Shown: positions 1 through 9,692 of the stretch, in pieces | How positions within the stretch are numbered: position 1 is the stretch's first letter | Layout of the letters: each line of letters begins with the position of its first letter | IMG/VR virus record: IMGVR_UViG_3300031965_000002 | Span: 66,082 to 104,165 of that record | DNA: 38,084 nucleotides | Reading direction: 5' to 3' (one strand) | Origin: a virus | Made by a program: the position numbers and the translations under genes | Notes under the pieces: generated by a model | What the model saw: the letters and a program-made list of their open reading frames with translations, nothing else | Told to the model about the DNA's origin: nothing | Database searches by the model: none

Positions 1-2
1 CA

Positions 3-1136
3 GGCAAAGAGTGGTCTTTAGGACAAATGTGGGATTATGGTAAAATAGACAATATCATGTCATGGACCTTCGACGAAAGAGTTGAAGACATGAAAGTAAT
101 TCCTAATTGTAATTTAATATATCAAGGTAAAAGAGAGGTATATAGGGTTGTAACAAAAAGTGGCCACGAAATAGAAGCGACAGCTAATCATCCATTTATG
201 ACCCAAAGAGGATGGGTCAATCTCGAAGAGCTAGATAAAGACAAAGATAAAATTGCAGTAGTGGAGTCTGTTCCATTCTTTGGGACATCAGATGCAATAT
301 CTGAAGATGAAGCTGCTATTCTTGGCTACATGACCGGAGACGGAAACTGCTCCCAGTCGGCAACATTTTTTACATGCGCAAATGAAGAAGTATTGGAAGA
401 TTTTACAAAAAGAATAAGTCGTATAAGCGACAATCTTGTTGTCTTTAATGACCCATGGACAGGCACTAAATCTAAACAATATCAATATAAGATAACATCT
501 AAAGAACGTAAACAGGAAAAATACTATAACGATAAAACCCAAAAGGTGATGAGTCGATTTGCAAAGACAGACTTACAAAAGCTTCTCATTAAGCATGGTC
601 TTATGGGCAAAACATGCCACTACAAAGAGGCTCCAGGGGCACTGTTTGAGTGTCCTAAAAACGTTATAGCAGCATATCTTAAGGCTCTATATAGTTGCGA
701 TGGTGGTATAAGTATTCGAGACAAATCTACAGAAATATCTTTTTATACAGTCAATAAAAAACAAGCGCAAAAAATTCAATCTCTTTTATCAAGGTTTGGA
801 ATATTTTCAACACTAAGACCCAAGGTATCTAAAACAAAGATAAAAATAGAAAACAAATCATATGATAGTATTTCTTACAGAGTGTGTTTTAGTAAATCTT
901 TATATGTTTATAAGTTTCTTAGCGATATCGGTTTTATTGGAAAAGATAAGTCAAAAATTGATTTAGCCCTAAAAGCATCAGATTTAAAACTTAATGCTAG
1001 GAAATCAAAAAATGGATTATGCTTTCAAAAAATAACTAGTATAAATAGTTTTGGTTTAAAAAGAACTTTTGATATACAAGTAAGTAATAATATTTTTGAA
1101 CAAAACTTTACTAGTAATAACTTCCTGGTACATAAC
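3..1136 (+). mobile_element. Intein with LAGLIDADG homing endonuclease in the terminase Walker A motif (N-terminus outside window)
   Basis: Block B EATANHPF; LAGLIDADG-like ILGYMTGDG and LKALYSCDG; block F RTFDIQV; C-terminus FLVHN/S (Asn codon 1134-1136); visibly more AT-rich than the extein. Confidence 0.93.
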
Positions 1137-2687
1137 AGTGGGAAAGATTTTATTGTTTCTATTATGGCTCTTTATGAGGCTATGAGGCTACTTGAGACGC
1201 CTGGCGGGAACCCGTATGCCACATACAATCTTGGTCAAGCTGCTCCGATTACAATTCTTACAATTGCTAACGCTATGCAGCAGGCCAAGATTCTTTTTCG
1301 TGAGATGAAAGAGAAGATTCAGATGAGCCCCTACTTTGAAGACAAAGTAGGAAAGATTACCGATGATAGAATCTATCTTCTTACTCCACATGATAAGGAA
1401 GGTAACAAGAAACAGGCCGAAAGAGGGCTGCCCATGCATCATGGTTCGATTCAGATCGTGGCAGGTCACTCAAACTCCAACTCGCTAGTCGGTCTTTCAT
1501 GTTTCGCTATTCTGTTTGACGAGATTGGTACATATAAAAATACCGCAGGTTCTTCAGGCGGAGATCAGCTTTATCACAACCTCGTTCCTGCAACAAAGAC
1601 ATATGTTCGCAGAGAGCCGGTCCTCGATGAGGGCGGCAATGAAAAGAAGAATGCCAAGGGCGAGATTGAGATGAAGTCGGTTATCGATGGTCGTGTTATC
1701 TGTATCTCGACACCTCGTGGTAAGGAAGGTATCTTTTACGAACTATACAAGAACGCAGATAACGTAGACCATCGTTTTATGATGAGGGCACCGACATGGG
1801 TTGTCAATCCAAACCTACCAAAACATCTTTTGTTGTCTGAATCACCTGACATGACTGATATGAAGTTTGCAATGGAGTACGGTGGTGAGTTCTTTGGTAC
1901 GGCTGGTGAATCATTTTTCAGTCCTGATGATGTAGACAGAGTCTTCCGTAATCACCATTTACCATTCGTGAATCATGGCGTGCCAGGCGTCACTTATTTC
2001 GCCCACTTAGACCCTGCAACATCAAGCCACAACTACGCTCTTGTAATCACGCATCAAGAGGAGAGGCTTGATAGAGAAATAAATAAGCGAGACTATGTTG
2101 TTGTCGTAGATCATATTATGTACTGGTCCCCAACTCCTGACAAGATGATTGTTGTGGACGAAGTTGATGAATATGTAATTGAACTCAATAAACGGTTCCA
2201 CTTCGGCGAGGTTACGTATGACCACTGGAATAGTAAGGCGAGTATACAAAAACTCAGAAAGCATGGTATTCCTGCACGCATGACTCCCTACACAAGGCAA
2301 TATAAGCAGGAGATATATGATAACTTATTTCAGCTAACTATCTCAAAGAGACTTTTATGCCCGAGACACAAGCTTTTAGAGACAGAAATGAAAAACTTGC
2401 AGAGAAAATGGCAGGGCAACAGTTTTAAGGTTATGCCGAAGCCAGACGGCGATTGCACGACGGATGATATTGTCGATGCTCTTGCTGGCGCGTGTTTTAA
2501 TGTTCGTGGTAAGGCTACGCAGGGTTTGCCACAAGGAAAGTTGGTCTCAATGCCAGTATTACCACAAGGGAATAATATTGCATGGCGGTCAATGCAGGGT
2601 ACGCCTTATGGCGTTGGCTCAGGGCAACAAGTCATGAATGATCTAGGTAAAAAAACAAGGGTTCATCCCTTGTGGCATAGGAAATAA
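3..2687 (+). CDS. terL: Terminase large subunit, intein-containing (5'-truncated by window edge)
   Basis: Frame is open from nt 3. After the intein: SGKD (end of Walker A), FAILFDEIG (Walker B), ISTPRGKEG (motif III), and RNase H-like nuclease motifs AHLDPA, YDHWNS and DDIVDALA. Confidence 0.93.
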   Translation, partial: GKEWSLGQMWDYGKIDNIMSWTFDERVEDMKVIPNCNLIYQGKREVYRVVTKSGHEIEATANHPFMTQRGWVNLEELDKDKDKIAVVESVPFFGTSDAISEDEAAILGYMTGDGNCSQSATFFTCANEEVLEDFTKRISRISDNLVVFNDPWTGTKSKQYQYKITSKERKQEKYYNDKTQKVMSRFAKTDLQKLLIKHGLMGKTCHYKEAPGALFECPKNVIAAYLKALYSCDGGISIRDKSTEISFYTVNKKQAQKIQSLLSRFGIFSTLRPKVSKTKIKIENKSYDSISYRVCFSKSLYVYKFLSDIGFIGKDKSKIDLALKASDLKLNARKSKNGLCFQKITSINSFGLKRTFDIQVSNNIFEQNFTSNNFLVHNSGKDFIVSIMALYEAMRLLETPGGNPYATYNLGQAAPITILTIANAMQQAKILFREMKEKIQMSPYFEDKVGKITDDRIYLLTPHDKEGNKKQAERGLPMHHGSIQIVAGHSNSNSLVGLSCFAILFDEIGTYKNTAGSSGGDQLYHNLVPATKTYVRREPVLDEGGNEKKNAKGEIEMKSVIDGRVICISTPRGKEGIFYELYKNADNVDHRFMMRAPTWVVNPNLPKHLLLSESPDMTDMKFAMEYGGEFFGTAGESFFSPDDVDRVFRNHHLPFVNHGVPGVTYFAHLDPATSSHNYALVITHQEERLDREINKRDYVVVVDHIMYWSPTPDKMIVVDEVDEYVIELNKRFHFGEVTYDHWNSKASIQKLRKHGIPARMTPYTRQYKQEIYDNLFQLTISKRLLCPRHKLLETEMKNLQRKWQGNSFKVMPKPDGDCTTDDIVDALAGACFNVRGKATQGLPQGKLVSMPVLPQGNNIAWRSMQGTPYGVGSGQQVMNDLGKKTRVHPLWHRK

Positions 2688-2696
2688 GGAGCAATT

Positions 2697-3458
2697 ATGT
2701 CTTTCAACCTGAAAAATAACAAGAAAGTCGCTCAGAACAAGCCTTACCCAAAGAGACTTGTTGACGACCAAAAAGAATTGGGCGAATCCATTAGTTCGGA
2801 TACCGATTCATACCAGGGACGACTCGAAAGTGTGCGAGGCGAAGGACAGGGAGAAAACCTTGATATTGCGATGGAAAGCCAAATGACTTCTGATGCCTTG
2901 GGTTCTCATGCTAATGATGACTCTTCGCAAGTTAGAACAACCGAGGGCCAAATGGGTGATGCTAGAGGCGGTTATATCTCACACAGAGACCCAAATATAG
3001 ATGACCATGTTATGAAACCAATGGATGCATTGGCCGAGGCCCATCACCAAAAGCATCGTCAAGCTTATCTCGCTGTGGAAGATGATGGCGAAACTGAGTT
3101 TTGGGACAAACATCTTGGTGTTCAGCAGCATCGTGACTATCCCAAGAAGATAACGGTTAATCCTGCTTCTGCAAGTCAGCTTGCAAATCAACCTGAAAGA
3201 TTTGAGAGTCTAGCTTCTCAGCCTACAGAGGTTGACGCAGAAGCAAACGCCGCGAACGCGGACAAGAAGGATAAGGTGAAAAAGCTACAGGCTGCATCTA
3301 TTAAGGATATTGATAAGGCTTTGTTTGATATTTTCTATAAGGCCGCATCAGAAGAGAGAGAACTTACAGATGATGAAGCGGATGATATCGTTGAAATGTC
3401 GTATATTAAGGCATCAATGCTATCTGAGATTCAGAAGATAGCAAAAAAGAAAGAATGA
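2697..3458 (+). CDS. Hypothetical protein, candidate head-internal protein
   Basis: 253-aa ORF with AAGGAG RBS; starts MSFNLKNNKKVAQ; acidic. Confidence 0.8.
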   Translation: MSFNLKNNKKVAQNKPYPKRLVDDQKELGESISSDTDSYQGRLESVRGEGQGENLDIAMESQMTSDALGSHANDDSSQVRTTEGQMGDARGGYISHRDPNIDDHVMKPMDALAEAHHQKHRQAYLAVEDDGETEFWDKHLGVQQHRDYPKKITVNPASASQLANQPERFESLASQPTEVDAEANAANADKKDKVKKLQAASIKDIDKALFDIFYKAASEERELTDDEADDIVEMSYIKASMLSEIQKIAKKKE

Positions 3459-4048
3459 ATTTCAATCTAAGTCATTACAAGGAAGCACGAAGAGGTTCTG
3501 AGCCTCCGCAGGTTTTTACTCGCCCCTATTTTCGTCAAGAGAGAGATGTCTATGATACGACTCGTTCTCCAAATGACGGTAAGGGCGACAAGTTGACCAC
3601 CCCCGGCAGTGAGGGCCTTCCTGGTCAGCCAGGAGATATGTCTGCTCCTGCTTTTGGAACGAGAGGTCGCGATGGTTCTCCTGAGCCAGACGATTTCTCT
3701 GAGTTTGGCTCACGTGACGATAGGAATATCCGAGACCCGAATAAGAAGCTTCCCAAAGACACAGACCCTCCCAATCCGTTTGCCTCTGATTTTCTTAGTA
3801 ATCAAGACACACAGTATGGAACTGGCCAAGACACTAATTATGGGCAGGCTCAACATGATGGGACGAATCGAGAGAGGTCAGATTCGGCATTAAGTATGGA
3901 AAACACTGTTCAGAGACAACTCAGCGAAAGTGGAGAACTTGACCGCAAGCCCGAAATTACGAACATGCCATCGAACGGAAGTTACAATTCATTAATTAAT
4001 AATGACGATACACCATTAGGACGTATTCGAAAAGTCCAGAGGAGATAA
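3455..4048 (+). CDS. Hypothetical disordered protein, candidate head-internal protein
   Basis: 197 aa; ATGA overlap with upstream stop; starts MNFNLSHYKEAR; rich in P/D/G/S. Confidence 0.75.
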   Translation: MNFNLSHYKEARRGSEPPQVFTRPYFRQERDVYDTTRSPNDGKGDKLTTPGSEGLPGQPGDMSAPAFGTRGRDGSPEPDDFSEFGSRDDRNIRDPNKKLPKDTDPPNPFASDFLSNQDTQYGTGQDTNYGQAQHDGTNRERSDSALSMENTVQRQLSESGELDRKPEITNMPSNGSYNSLINNDDTPLGRIRKVQRR

Positions 4049-4050
4049 AT

Positions 4051-4890
4051 ATGAAGCTGAAAGTTACGAAAAAAGCAGGTGGAGAATTGTTTATTCGCGC
4101 AGTTGGTAGAACATATAAGGTTGGTTCTACTATTAAGATGACTTCTGAGCAGTATCTTGATTCCACGACTCAGGCGGCAATACGTAATGGTTTTCTGGAG
4201 CTACTCGAAGGCCAAACAGAGAAGAAGCCAGATGGCGTATTCTATGCAAATATTCATCGTAACGAGCTATCTTTTCAGTCTCTTGGAATAACAGTCCCAA
4301 AAGGGGCCCGTTTCTTTGTTCCTACGGAACACGTAGAAGATATGGAAATTGTCATTGCTTATGGTAATGGTCACATTGAGTTGGCTGAAGAAATTGATGC
4401 CAAGATTGCTGTGGCAGAGAGGATAAAAGCTGAAGTAAAAACCGAGGCAAAAGAAGAGCCTAAGAAAACAAAGCGTGTTACGAAGAAAAAATCTACCAAG
4501 AAGACTAGTAAGAAGACTGATACAGAAAAGAAAGATGCTGTCAAGAAAACAAAAACGGTCAAGAGGATTAAGTCAGAAGAGTCTTTTTCTATTGATCCTA
4601 ATGAAGGGCAGCCTGAAACTCACCTGCCGGAGGCCAAGAAAGTAGACGCACCGCAAGGCATGTACGCTCACGACCCTACGGGTGAGGGTATGACAGTCCG
4701 AACTGCCGAGAAGCCAAAGCCGAGTCCTGAAACTAAAATAAAAGAAACGAAGGATAGTTTTGATGATCTATTTATAGATGACTCGCAAGATAATGTTGAA
4801 CCTATTATTTTTGTAGATCAAGAACAAGACCGAGAAAGATTCGCACAGTTACGCGGCCAGGAGATGCCGAATAACGATGAGGTTATCTAA
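4051..4890 (+). CDS. Hypothetical protein with two ~50-aa N-terminal repeat modules and a K/T-rich linker
   Basis: 279 aa; GGAG RBS; modules end AAIRNGFLELLE and IAYGNGHIELAE; followed by KKTKRVTKKKSTKKTSKK. Confidence 0.8.
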   Translation: MKLKVTKKAGGELFIRAVGRTYKVGSTIKMTSEQYLDSTTQAAIRNGFLELLEGQTEKKPDGVFYANIHRNELSFQSLGITVPKGARFFVPTEHVEDMEIVIAYGNGHIELAEEIDAKIAVAERIKAEVKTEAKEEPKKTKRVTKKKSTKKTSKKTDTEKKDAVKKTKTVKRIKSEESFSIDPNEGQPETHLPEAKKVDAPQGMYAHDPTGEGMTVRTAEKPKPSPETKIKETKDSFDDLFIDDSQDNVEPIIFVDQEQDRERFAQLRGQEMPNNDEVI

Positions 4891-4892
4891 GA

Positions 4893-5621
4893 GTGTTAGA
4901 TACGATTTTGAAGGAACTTGCAGTGTTTGGCATATCCGTTCAAGACGGAACTTATACTATGCGCGGCAATTCTATGCAGGGCAAGGATTTTATCGAAACC
5001 CTTGAAAGCAAAATCAAGAGAAATAAAAAGCTTCTTTGGGCGATGTGGCACGAGGTATGTTCTGAGCTTCGCAACGAGACAGAGAACTCAATGCCAGCAG
5101 ATTCTCTCAAGAACCTATTTGTACCTGCAATGCAAAACCTATATGACATTTGTTGTTATTTTGATGAGCTTGATTCAAATGGCATAGCCAAGAAACTTAG
5201 AGAATCGCTGGATAGAGATGTTGATTCTTTTTCAGGCGCAACAATGTCTCGCATTATTGATTATTCTATTGGCATTCAGTGGTTAACGCACCTTGTTCGT
5301 AGAGATATGTATGTCTCGCATCTTGTCCTGAAGTTACAGGAACCGAAGAAGGCTGTTGCGATTGGGGTTTCAGGTCCATGGTCAAGAACAGATATTCCTA
5401 TGCGAGAACGAACTTTTAAGTGGGACGAGATTGCAGAGGAAACGGCTGGTCGAGCCAGCGATAGACGACATCAGCGGAGATATCGCATGGGTCTAGAACA
5501 ATATAAAGACCCGTGGCCTAATGAAGGGTTTTATTGGAGAGAGATTCGTAATGAACCATTTAGCTTTAGCGATAATTCTTCAAACCCATACCCGCACCGT
5601 AACGTACTTTGGAGGTCATAA
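4893..5621 (+). CDS. Hypothetical protein
   Basis: 242 aa; GTG start; tightly packed; W/R/Y-rich C-terminal segment after KKAVA. Confidence 0.75.
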   Translation: MLDTILKELAVFGISVQDGTYTMRGNSMQGKDFIETLESKIKRNKKLLWAMWHEVCSELRNETENSMPADSLKNLFVPAMQNLYDICCYFDELDSNGIAKKLRESLDRDVDSFSGATMSRIIDYSIGIQWLTHLVRRDMYVSHLVLKLQEPKKAVAIGVSGPWSRTDIPMRERTFKWDEIAEETAGRASDRRHQRRYRMGLEQYKDPWPNEGFYWREIRNEPFSFSDNSSNPYPHRNVLWRS

Positions 5622-6145
5622 TGACTAATCATATAACTAAAGAGGCTCAGCAATCCTTGTTTGATTTTCTTGTTGACCTTATGCCAGATTTGCAAATCAC
5701 GAGGGTTAAAAAAGGGCCTTCCGTTGAAGAGAAGAAGCTCTTTTCTATGTGGTCTGATACCACAAACAAGATTACTGGCAAGAAGTTTCACCGTCCACCT
5801 ACTATGAGCGAAGTTGAGGTCGCGAGACTGGAGGACGCCGGCCTTATCCAAGTTCAAGGTCGCAGTCTTCGCGTTACGGAAAAGGGGGCTAAGGCTATAC
5901 AGCAGATTATTCTCTCGGAAGAGAAGTCGATATTCGAAAAATCGGCCTCTGGTTCTAGGCGTGTTAAGACTGCATCATACCAAACAATGACCGATGAAGA
6001 ACGAGAAGAAAGAGAAAAGGAACTTGCTGATCATACGCCAAGCTTTGCTGAATATGTTAATTTTCAGCACAGCCAAAAAGGTAAGAAGCGTAAAGCGTGC
6101 AATTGGTATCAGCATTTAAAGAGTAATGAAGACGTATTTAATTGA
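5621..6145 (+). CDS. Hypothetical protein, possibly with a winged-helix-like segment
   Basis: Probable start is ATG 5621 (TAATG overlap, GGAGG RBS); contains LEDAGLIQVQGRSLRVTEKG, and KEAQ/KSAS/KTAS motifs. Confidence 0.7.
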   Translation: MTNHITKEAQQSLFDFLVDLMPDLQITRVKKGPSVEEKKLFSMWSDTTNKITGKKFHRPPTMSEVEVARLEDAGLIQVQGRSLRVTEKGAKAIQQIILSEEKSIFEKSASGSRRVKTASYQTMTDEEREEREKELADHTPSFAEYVNFQHSQKGKKRKACNWYQHLKSNEDVFN

Positions 6146-6536
6146 GTTTACCGAGACAACCAAACGAGTCAAAAACAGGGTTCTTAATAAGCTATACTGG
6201 TATGATTCGATTGGAAAGAAGATGTACACCATTCTCGGTGACCAGCTTCGTTTTGAATGGAAACCAGACATAGGCAGGTCGGTTCCTTCCGCCGAGTGGT
6301 CACCGGAACATCAATCATACGTGATGAAAGAAGAGGTTTTCGGAGTCGGCTATCAGCGTTCGAACAATCAGGATGACGTAAAGGAATGGGTTGAAAATGT
6401 TGGTAAGAGATTTGGCATAGAGATAGACCGAAATGAATCCGATAATAAGGGGCTTGCTATTGAGGTAGATGATTCAGTTTCGCAACAGGTTGAATACGCA
6501 ATGGATAGACAAAACTTTAGGTTTACAGAGCTATGA
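6126..6536 (+). CDS. Hypothetical protein
   Basis: 136-aa ORF overlapping both neighbours in the operon. Confidence 0.7.
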   Translation: MKTYLIEFTETTKRVKNRVLNKLYWYDSIGKKMYTILGDQLRFEWKPDIGRSVPSAEWSPEHQSYVMKEEVFGVGYQRSNNQDDVKEWVENVGKRFGIEIDRNESDNKGLAIEVDDSVSQQVEYAMDRQNFRFTEL

Positions 6537-6751
6537 AGATAATTAAGTCAAAGAGCTATGAAGATAAAATCAAGGGTGGTCTTGCAGATAAGAAGCGTCC
6601 TTCTGATTTTGATTCATCTCAGCTTGAGGCGGGTATTAAAGTCGAGATGGAACATACCGACAGTCGTTCTGTCGCCAAAGAAATCGCTATGGATCACTTG
6701 ATCGAAGACCCAAATTACTACGAGAAGCTTAAGAAGATAGAGAAGCACTAA
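6533..6751 (+). CDS. DUF5661-like small phage protein
   Basis: IKGGLAD...QLEAGIKVEMEHTD...AKEIAMDHLIEDPNYYEKL matches the recognisable GxxVExEH...IAxDHLxExPxYY pattern. Confidence 0.75.
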   Translation: MKIIKSKSYEDKIKGGLADKKRPSDFDSSQLEAGIKVEMEHTDSRSVAKEIAMDHLIEDPNYYEKLKKIEKH

Positions 6752-7692
6752 TGCTCAATGACCCTCCAAAACTTTTTGTAGATATTGCAGACACCCCCTA
6801 TAAACAAGCGCAGGGGTTGATGTTTGTTAATAAGCTACCTGATAACGAGGGTATGCTGTTTGACTTTGCGAGACAGAAGATTCTTTCTTTCTGGGGCGAA
6901 AACACCTATATTCCGTTAGATATCGCCTTTGCCGACACTGAGGGTACGATTCACGAAATAACTAACATCAAGCCATTAAACCGAAAGCCCGTTAGAAGTA
7001 TCGTTCCGTGTCGTTATGCGATCGAGGCTAACACAGGATATTTTAGAGATAATCGAATCGATATCGGCGACAAAATTAGCATAGAAGATGATCCTGTTAG
7101 AGGGAAATATGTATGTTTTGCTAAAAAAAGAAGGAATGAGAAGTCAGGAAAAGGAAAAACTAATCGGACGCAAGTTGCGCAGCTACTTAGCTCGGACCCG
7201 TCTGGACAAGTAGGAGATGCATACCAACCACAAATAGATGAACAACAGTCACGATATGAGTCGCTTCCAAAGCTCTCGCCGCAAGATATTGGAATGGCTC
7301 TTGAGGATAACCTCGAAGAGCCTTCTCTTGAAGTTCAGCAGCCATCAGAAGCTCCTCCGCCTGATATGTCAGTCGAGCTTCCGGAGATTCCGGACAGTCC
7401 GATAGATGAAGTTCCTGATTTTGAAAACGCCTTCGACGCGACCGAATGGTCAAAGCCAACGGCACAGAATCGGTTTTCTGGGCATTTGATGAGGATTAGT
7501 TACACAACAAAAAGTGGAAAGAACATTATTAGAGATATTGAGCCTCACGGCACTTTTCACGCAGAAACGACGGGTAACGAAATATTGGTAACGTTCGATA
7601 GAACTGTAGGAGACATTCGAGCTTTCATAATCAGCAACATTAGCGCATTCGCAGTTGCCGATGAAGAGTTTGAGCCGAAGTTTAGGGTATAA
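6751..7692 (+). CDS. DUF192 domain fused to a C-terminal WYL-like domain
   Basis: N-term IADT...GLMF...EGMLFDF...FWGENTYIPLDIAF...YAIEANTG (DUF192); C-term ISYTTKSG...RDIEPH...TFDRTVGDIRAFIISNI (WYL-like); acidic P-rich linker. Confidence 0.8.
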   Translation: MLNDPPKLFVDIADTPYKQAQGLMFVNKLPDNEGMLFDFARQKILSFWGENTYIPLDIAFADTEGTIHEITNIKPLNRKPVRSIVPCRYAIEANTGYFRDNRIDIGDKISIEDDPVRGKYVCFAKKRRNEKSGKGKTNRTQVAQLLSSDPSGQVGDAYQPQIDEQQSRYESLPKLSPQDIGMALEDNLEEPSLEVQQPSEAPPPDMSVELPEIPDSPIDEVPDFENAFDATEWSKPTAQNRFSGHLMRISYTTKSGKNIIRDIEPHGTFHAETTGNEILVTFDRTVGDIRAFIISNISAFAVADEEFEPKFRV

Positions 7693-7697
7693 AGTTT

Positions 7698-8918
7698 ATG
7701 GATAATCATGTCAATCAACTTGTAAAGATTGCTAGTAGCCTTGACAAGGCTGGCGGCGATAAGTTTGCTTCGCAGTTGGATGATATATCCGACAAGCTTC
7801 TTTGCGTGAAGGTCGCTCAATACGTTGGCCTGCAGGGTTATTGGATTCGCAATACACGTTGCTGGTCAAACTGTTACCGTCAAAAAAGAGCAGGTAATCC
7901 TGAGATGCCAGCCCAAGAGGTTTGGGGTAAGTGCCATGAAGAATATCTTGCTTCGATAAACAACGATGGCAGCAAATGGGACAAGTATGCCGAAAGCGAA
8001 GAAGGCCAAATCAAAGTGGCCTCCGCAAAGGCCGAATTAGACGCGAAGCTCGCCAAAGCAATCGAAAGAAACACAAAAGAAGGCGTGTCTCTAGGGAATG
8101 CTATTTTTGCAGGCATTGAAGAAATGCAGGGCGATAACTCTCAAGAGTTTATTCGTATTGCCACAGAGTTGTTTGAGTTGGCATCGGATGCTTTTGAGAA
8201 ATATCCATCCGAGTCTATAACTCTTGCCAGTGTTGCCGAAAAGCTAACTAAAGAAGCACAGAGCAGTATCGGTAACTTTTTTAGAGGCGTTAGTAATGTG
8301 GGGCGGGGCATCGGAAACGCGGTTGGTGATGCAGCTTCCGGTGTTAGACAGAATGTAACTATCAATACTCAGCTTGGTGCGATGGACCGGGCAGTGCAGC
8401 AAATTATGACCGAGGTTACTCGTCTTAACGAAGCAAAGAATGGGCTTGTTCAGTTCTTGAGCAACAACCCCGGTCGCACGCCAAATCAGGTTCAGAACTC
8501 GCAGCAAGTACTTGCGTCTCTTCAGCAGCTTATGCCTGGAGATGCGAGGCAAGTGGGCCAAAAATGGCAGAACATTAGACAGCAGATACAGCAGAATTTT
8601 CAAGGCCAACAGCAGTCCCCGCCAGTAGCTCCCGCAGCACAGCAGCAAGCAGCGGCTCCTGTAGCATCGCCAGCCGTTACAAGTGCTGACCAAGCTATGC
8701 AGGCTATGGGGAATCTTGATCCATCAACGGCTCTTGAGGTTGCTCGTAGGCTTGAGCAGGCAGCGAACGCGGCGGGCATGGGTGGACAGATGTCAGGAGC
8801 CCGCGTGGGCGATTACTTGGGCGGAGATCAGACCGCTCTTGCTAAATCAATAAAAACAGTTAGACTCGGAGGCTATAACCGAGCTAAGCAAAAGGTTCAA
8901 AATATTGGAGGAGCCTAA
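7698..8918 (+). CDS. Hypothetical protein, candidate head-internal/ejection protein
   Basis: 406 aa; small Cys/Trp domain (GYWIRNTRCWSNCYRQKR...WGKCHEEY); five KxA[Q/S] motifs; Q/A-rich C-terminal half. Confidence 0.8.
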   Translation: MDNHVNQLVKIASSLDKAGGDKFASQLDDISDKLLCVKVAQYVGLQGYWIRNTRCWSNCYRQKRAGNPEMPAQEVWGKCHEEYLASINNDGSKWDKYAESEEGQIKVASAKAELDAKLAKAIERNTKEGVSLGNAIFAGIEEMQGDNSQEFIRIATELFELASDAFEKYPSESITLASVAEKLTKEAQSSIGNFFRGVSNVGRGIGNAVGDAASGVRQNVTINTQLGAMDRAVQQIMTEVTRLNEAKNGLVQFLSNNPGRTPNQVQNSQQVLASLQQLMPGDARQVGQKWQNIRQQIQQNFQGQQQSPPVAPAAQQQAAAPVASPAVTSADQAMQAMGNLDPSTALEVARRLEQAANAAGMGGQMSGARVGDYLGGDQTALAKSIKTVRLGGYNRAKQKVQNIGGA

Positions 8919-8921
8919 GTT

Positions 8922-9662
8922 ATGAAGTTTTACACAAACAAAATCTCAACTAACAACAGTGGTAGTTTCTCGGAGCTAATTAAGACGGCTTTGGGCAACG
9001 AGCAGACCGTTAAGACTGCTTCCTCGGAGGAAGAGCTTAACAAGACTGCACAGGAAGCCGGCATTAACGATGAAGGCGAAGGCAAGCGCGAAGACAAGCA
9101 TTGGGTCGAAGGTTCGCCTTCTGATGACAATGGCGAGATTGACGCTGACCCCGCAGACAGCGTTGAACCCGCAGGTCTTGATTCCGGTAAAGAGACCATG
9201 AGCAAAGCTGAAGGCGAAACAAAGCTTGCTTCTGACGAGGGTGATTCCGGCCCCGCCAAGGGCGATGGTTCTGGCGATGGAGAAGACCTTGAAGGCAAGA
9301 ACGATGGTCGCTTCCCTGAGCCAGACCGTGAGTCAAGCGACTGCTACACGCAGGAAGCTGAAGACGAAGGCAAGGCTGACGTTAAAGCCTCTACTAAGAA
9401 GCGGACAAAAGAAGCTGGCGAATTGCCTGAAGCCCTTAAAGAGCATCAGTTTAAATCCAAGGATTCGAAAGATGACGAGGGTAACGACGATGCCGATGGT
9501 GAAGATGACGATGCTGAAAAAGAAGCATGCAGCGCTTCTTCTAAAGTTTCTAGCCTTGAGAAAATCGCGAACCTCACGCCAAAGGCTAAGGCTCGCTTGA
9601 AGTCTTACTGGAATATGGTCTATCCTGAAGCATATGCTGATGCGATGACTCAGGATAAGTAA
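8922..9662 (+). CDS. Highly acidic disordered protein, candidate head-internal/core protein
   Basis: 246 aa; GGAGGAG RBS; D/E-rich; many KxA motifs; C-term LKSYWNMVYPEAYADAM. Confidence 0.8.
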   Translation: MKFYTNKISTNNSGSFSELIKTALGNEQTVKTASSEEELNKTAQEAGINDEGEGKREDKHWVEGSPSDDNGEIDADPADSVEPAGLDSGKETMSKAEGETKLASDEGDSGPAKGDGSGDGEDLEGKNDGRFPEPDRESSDCYTQEAEDEGKADVKASTKKRTKEAGELPEALKEHQFKSKDSKDDEGNDDADGEDDDAEKEACSASSKVSSLEKIANLTPKAKARLKSYWNMVYPEAYADAMTQDK

Positions 9663-9692
9663 TCGGTTTGTCAAGGCTAAAAGGAGTCAACT

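Noticed and set aside
27-29. ATG 27 as the terminase start
   Set aside because: It lies inside the intein; the frame is open to the window edge and the N-extein is missing
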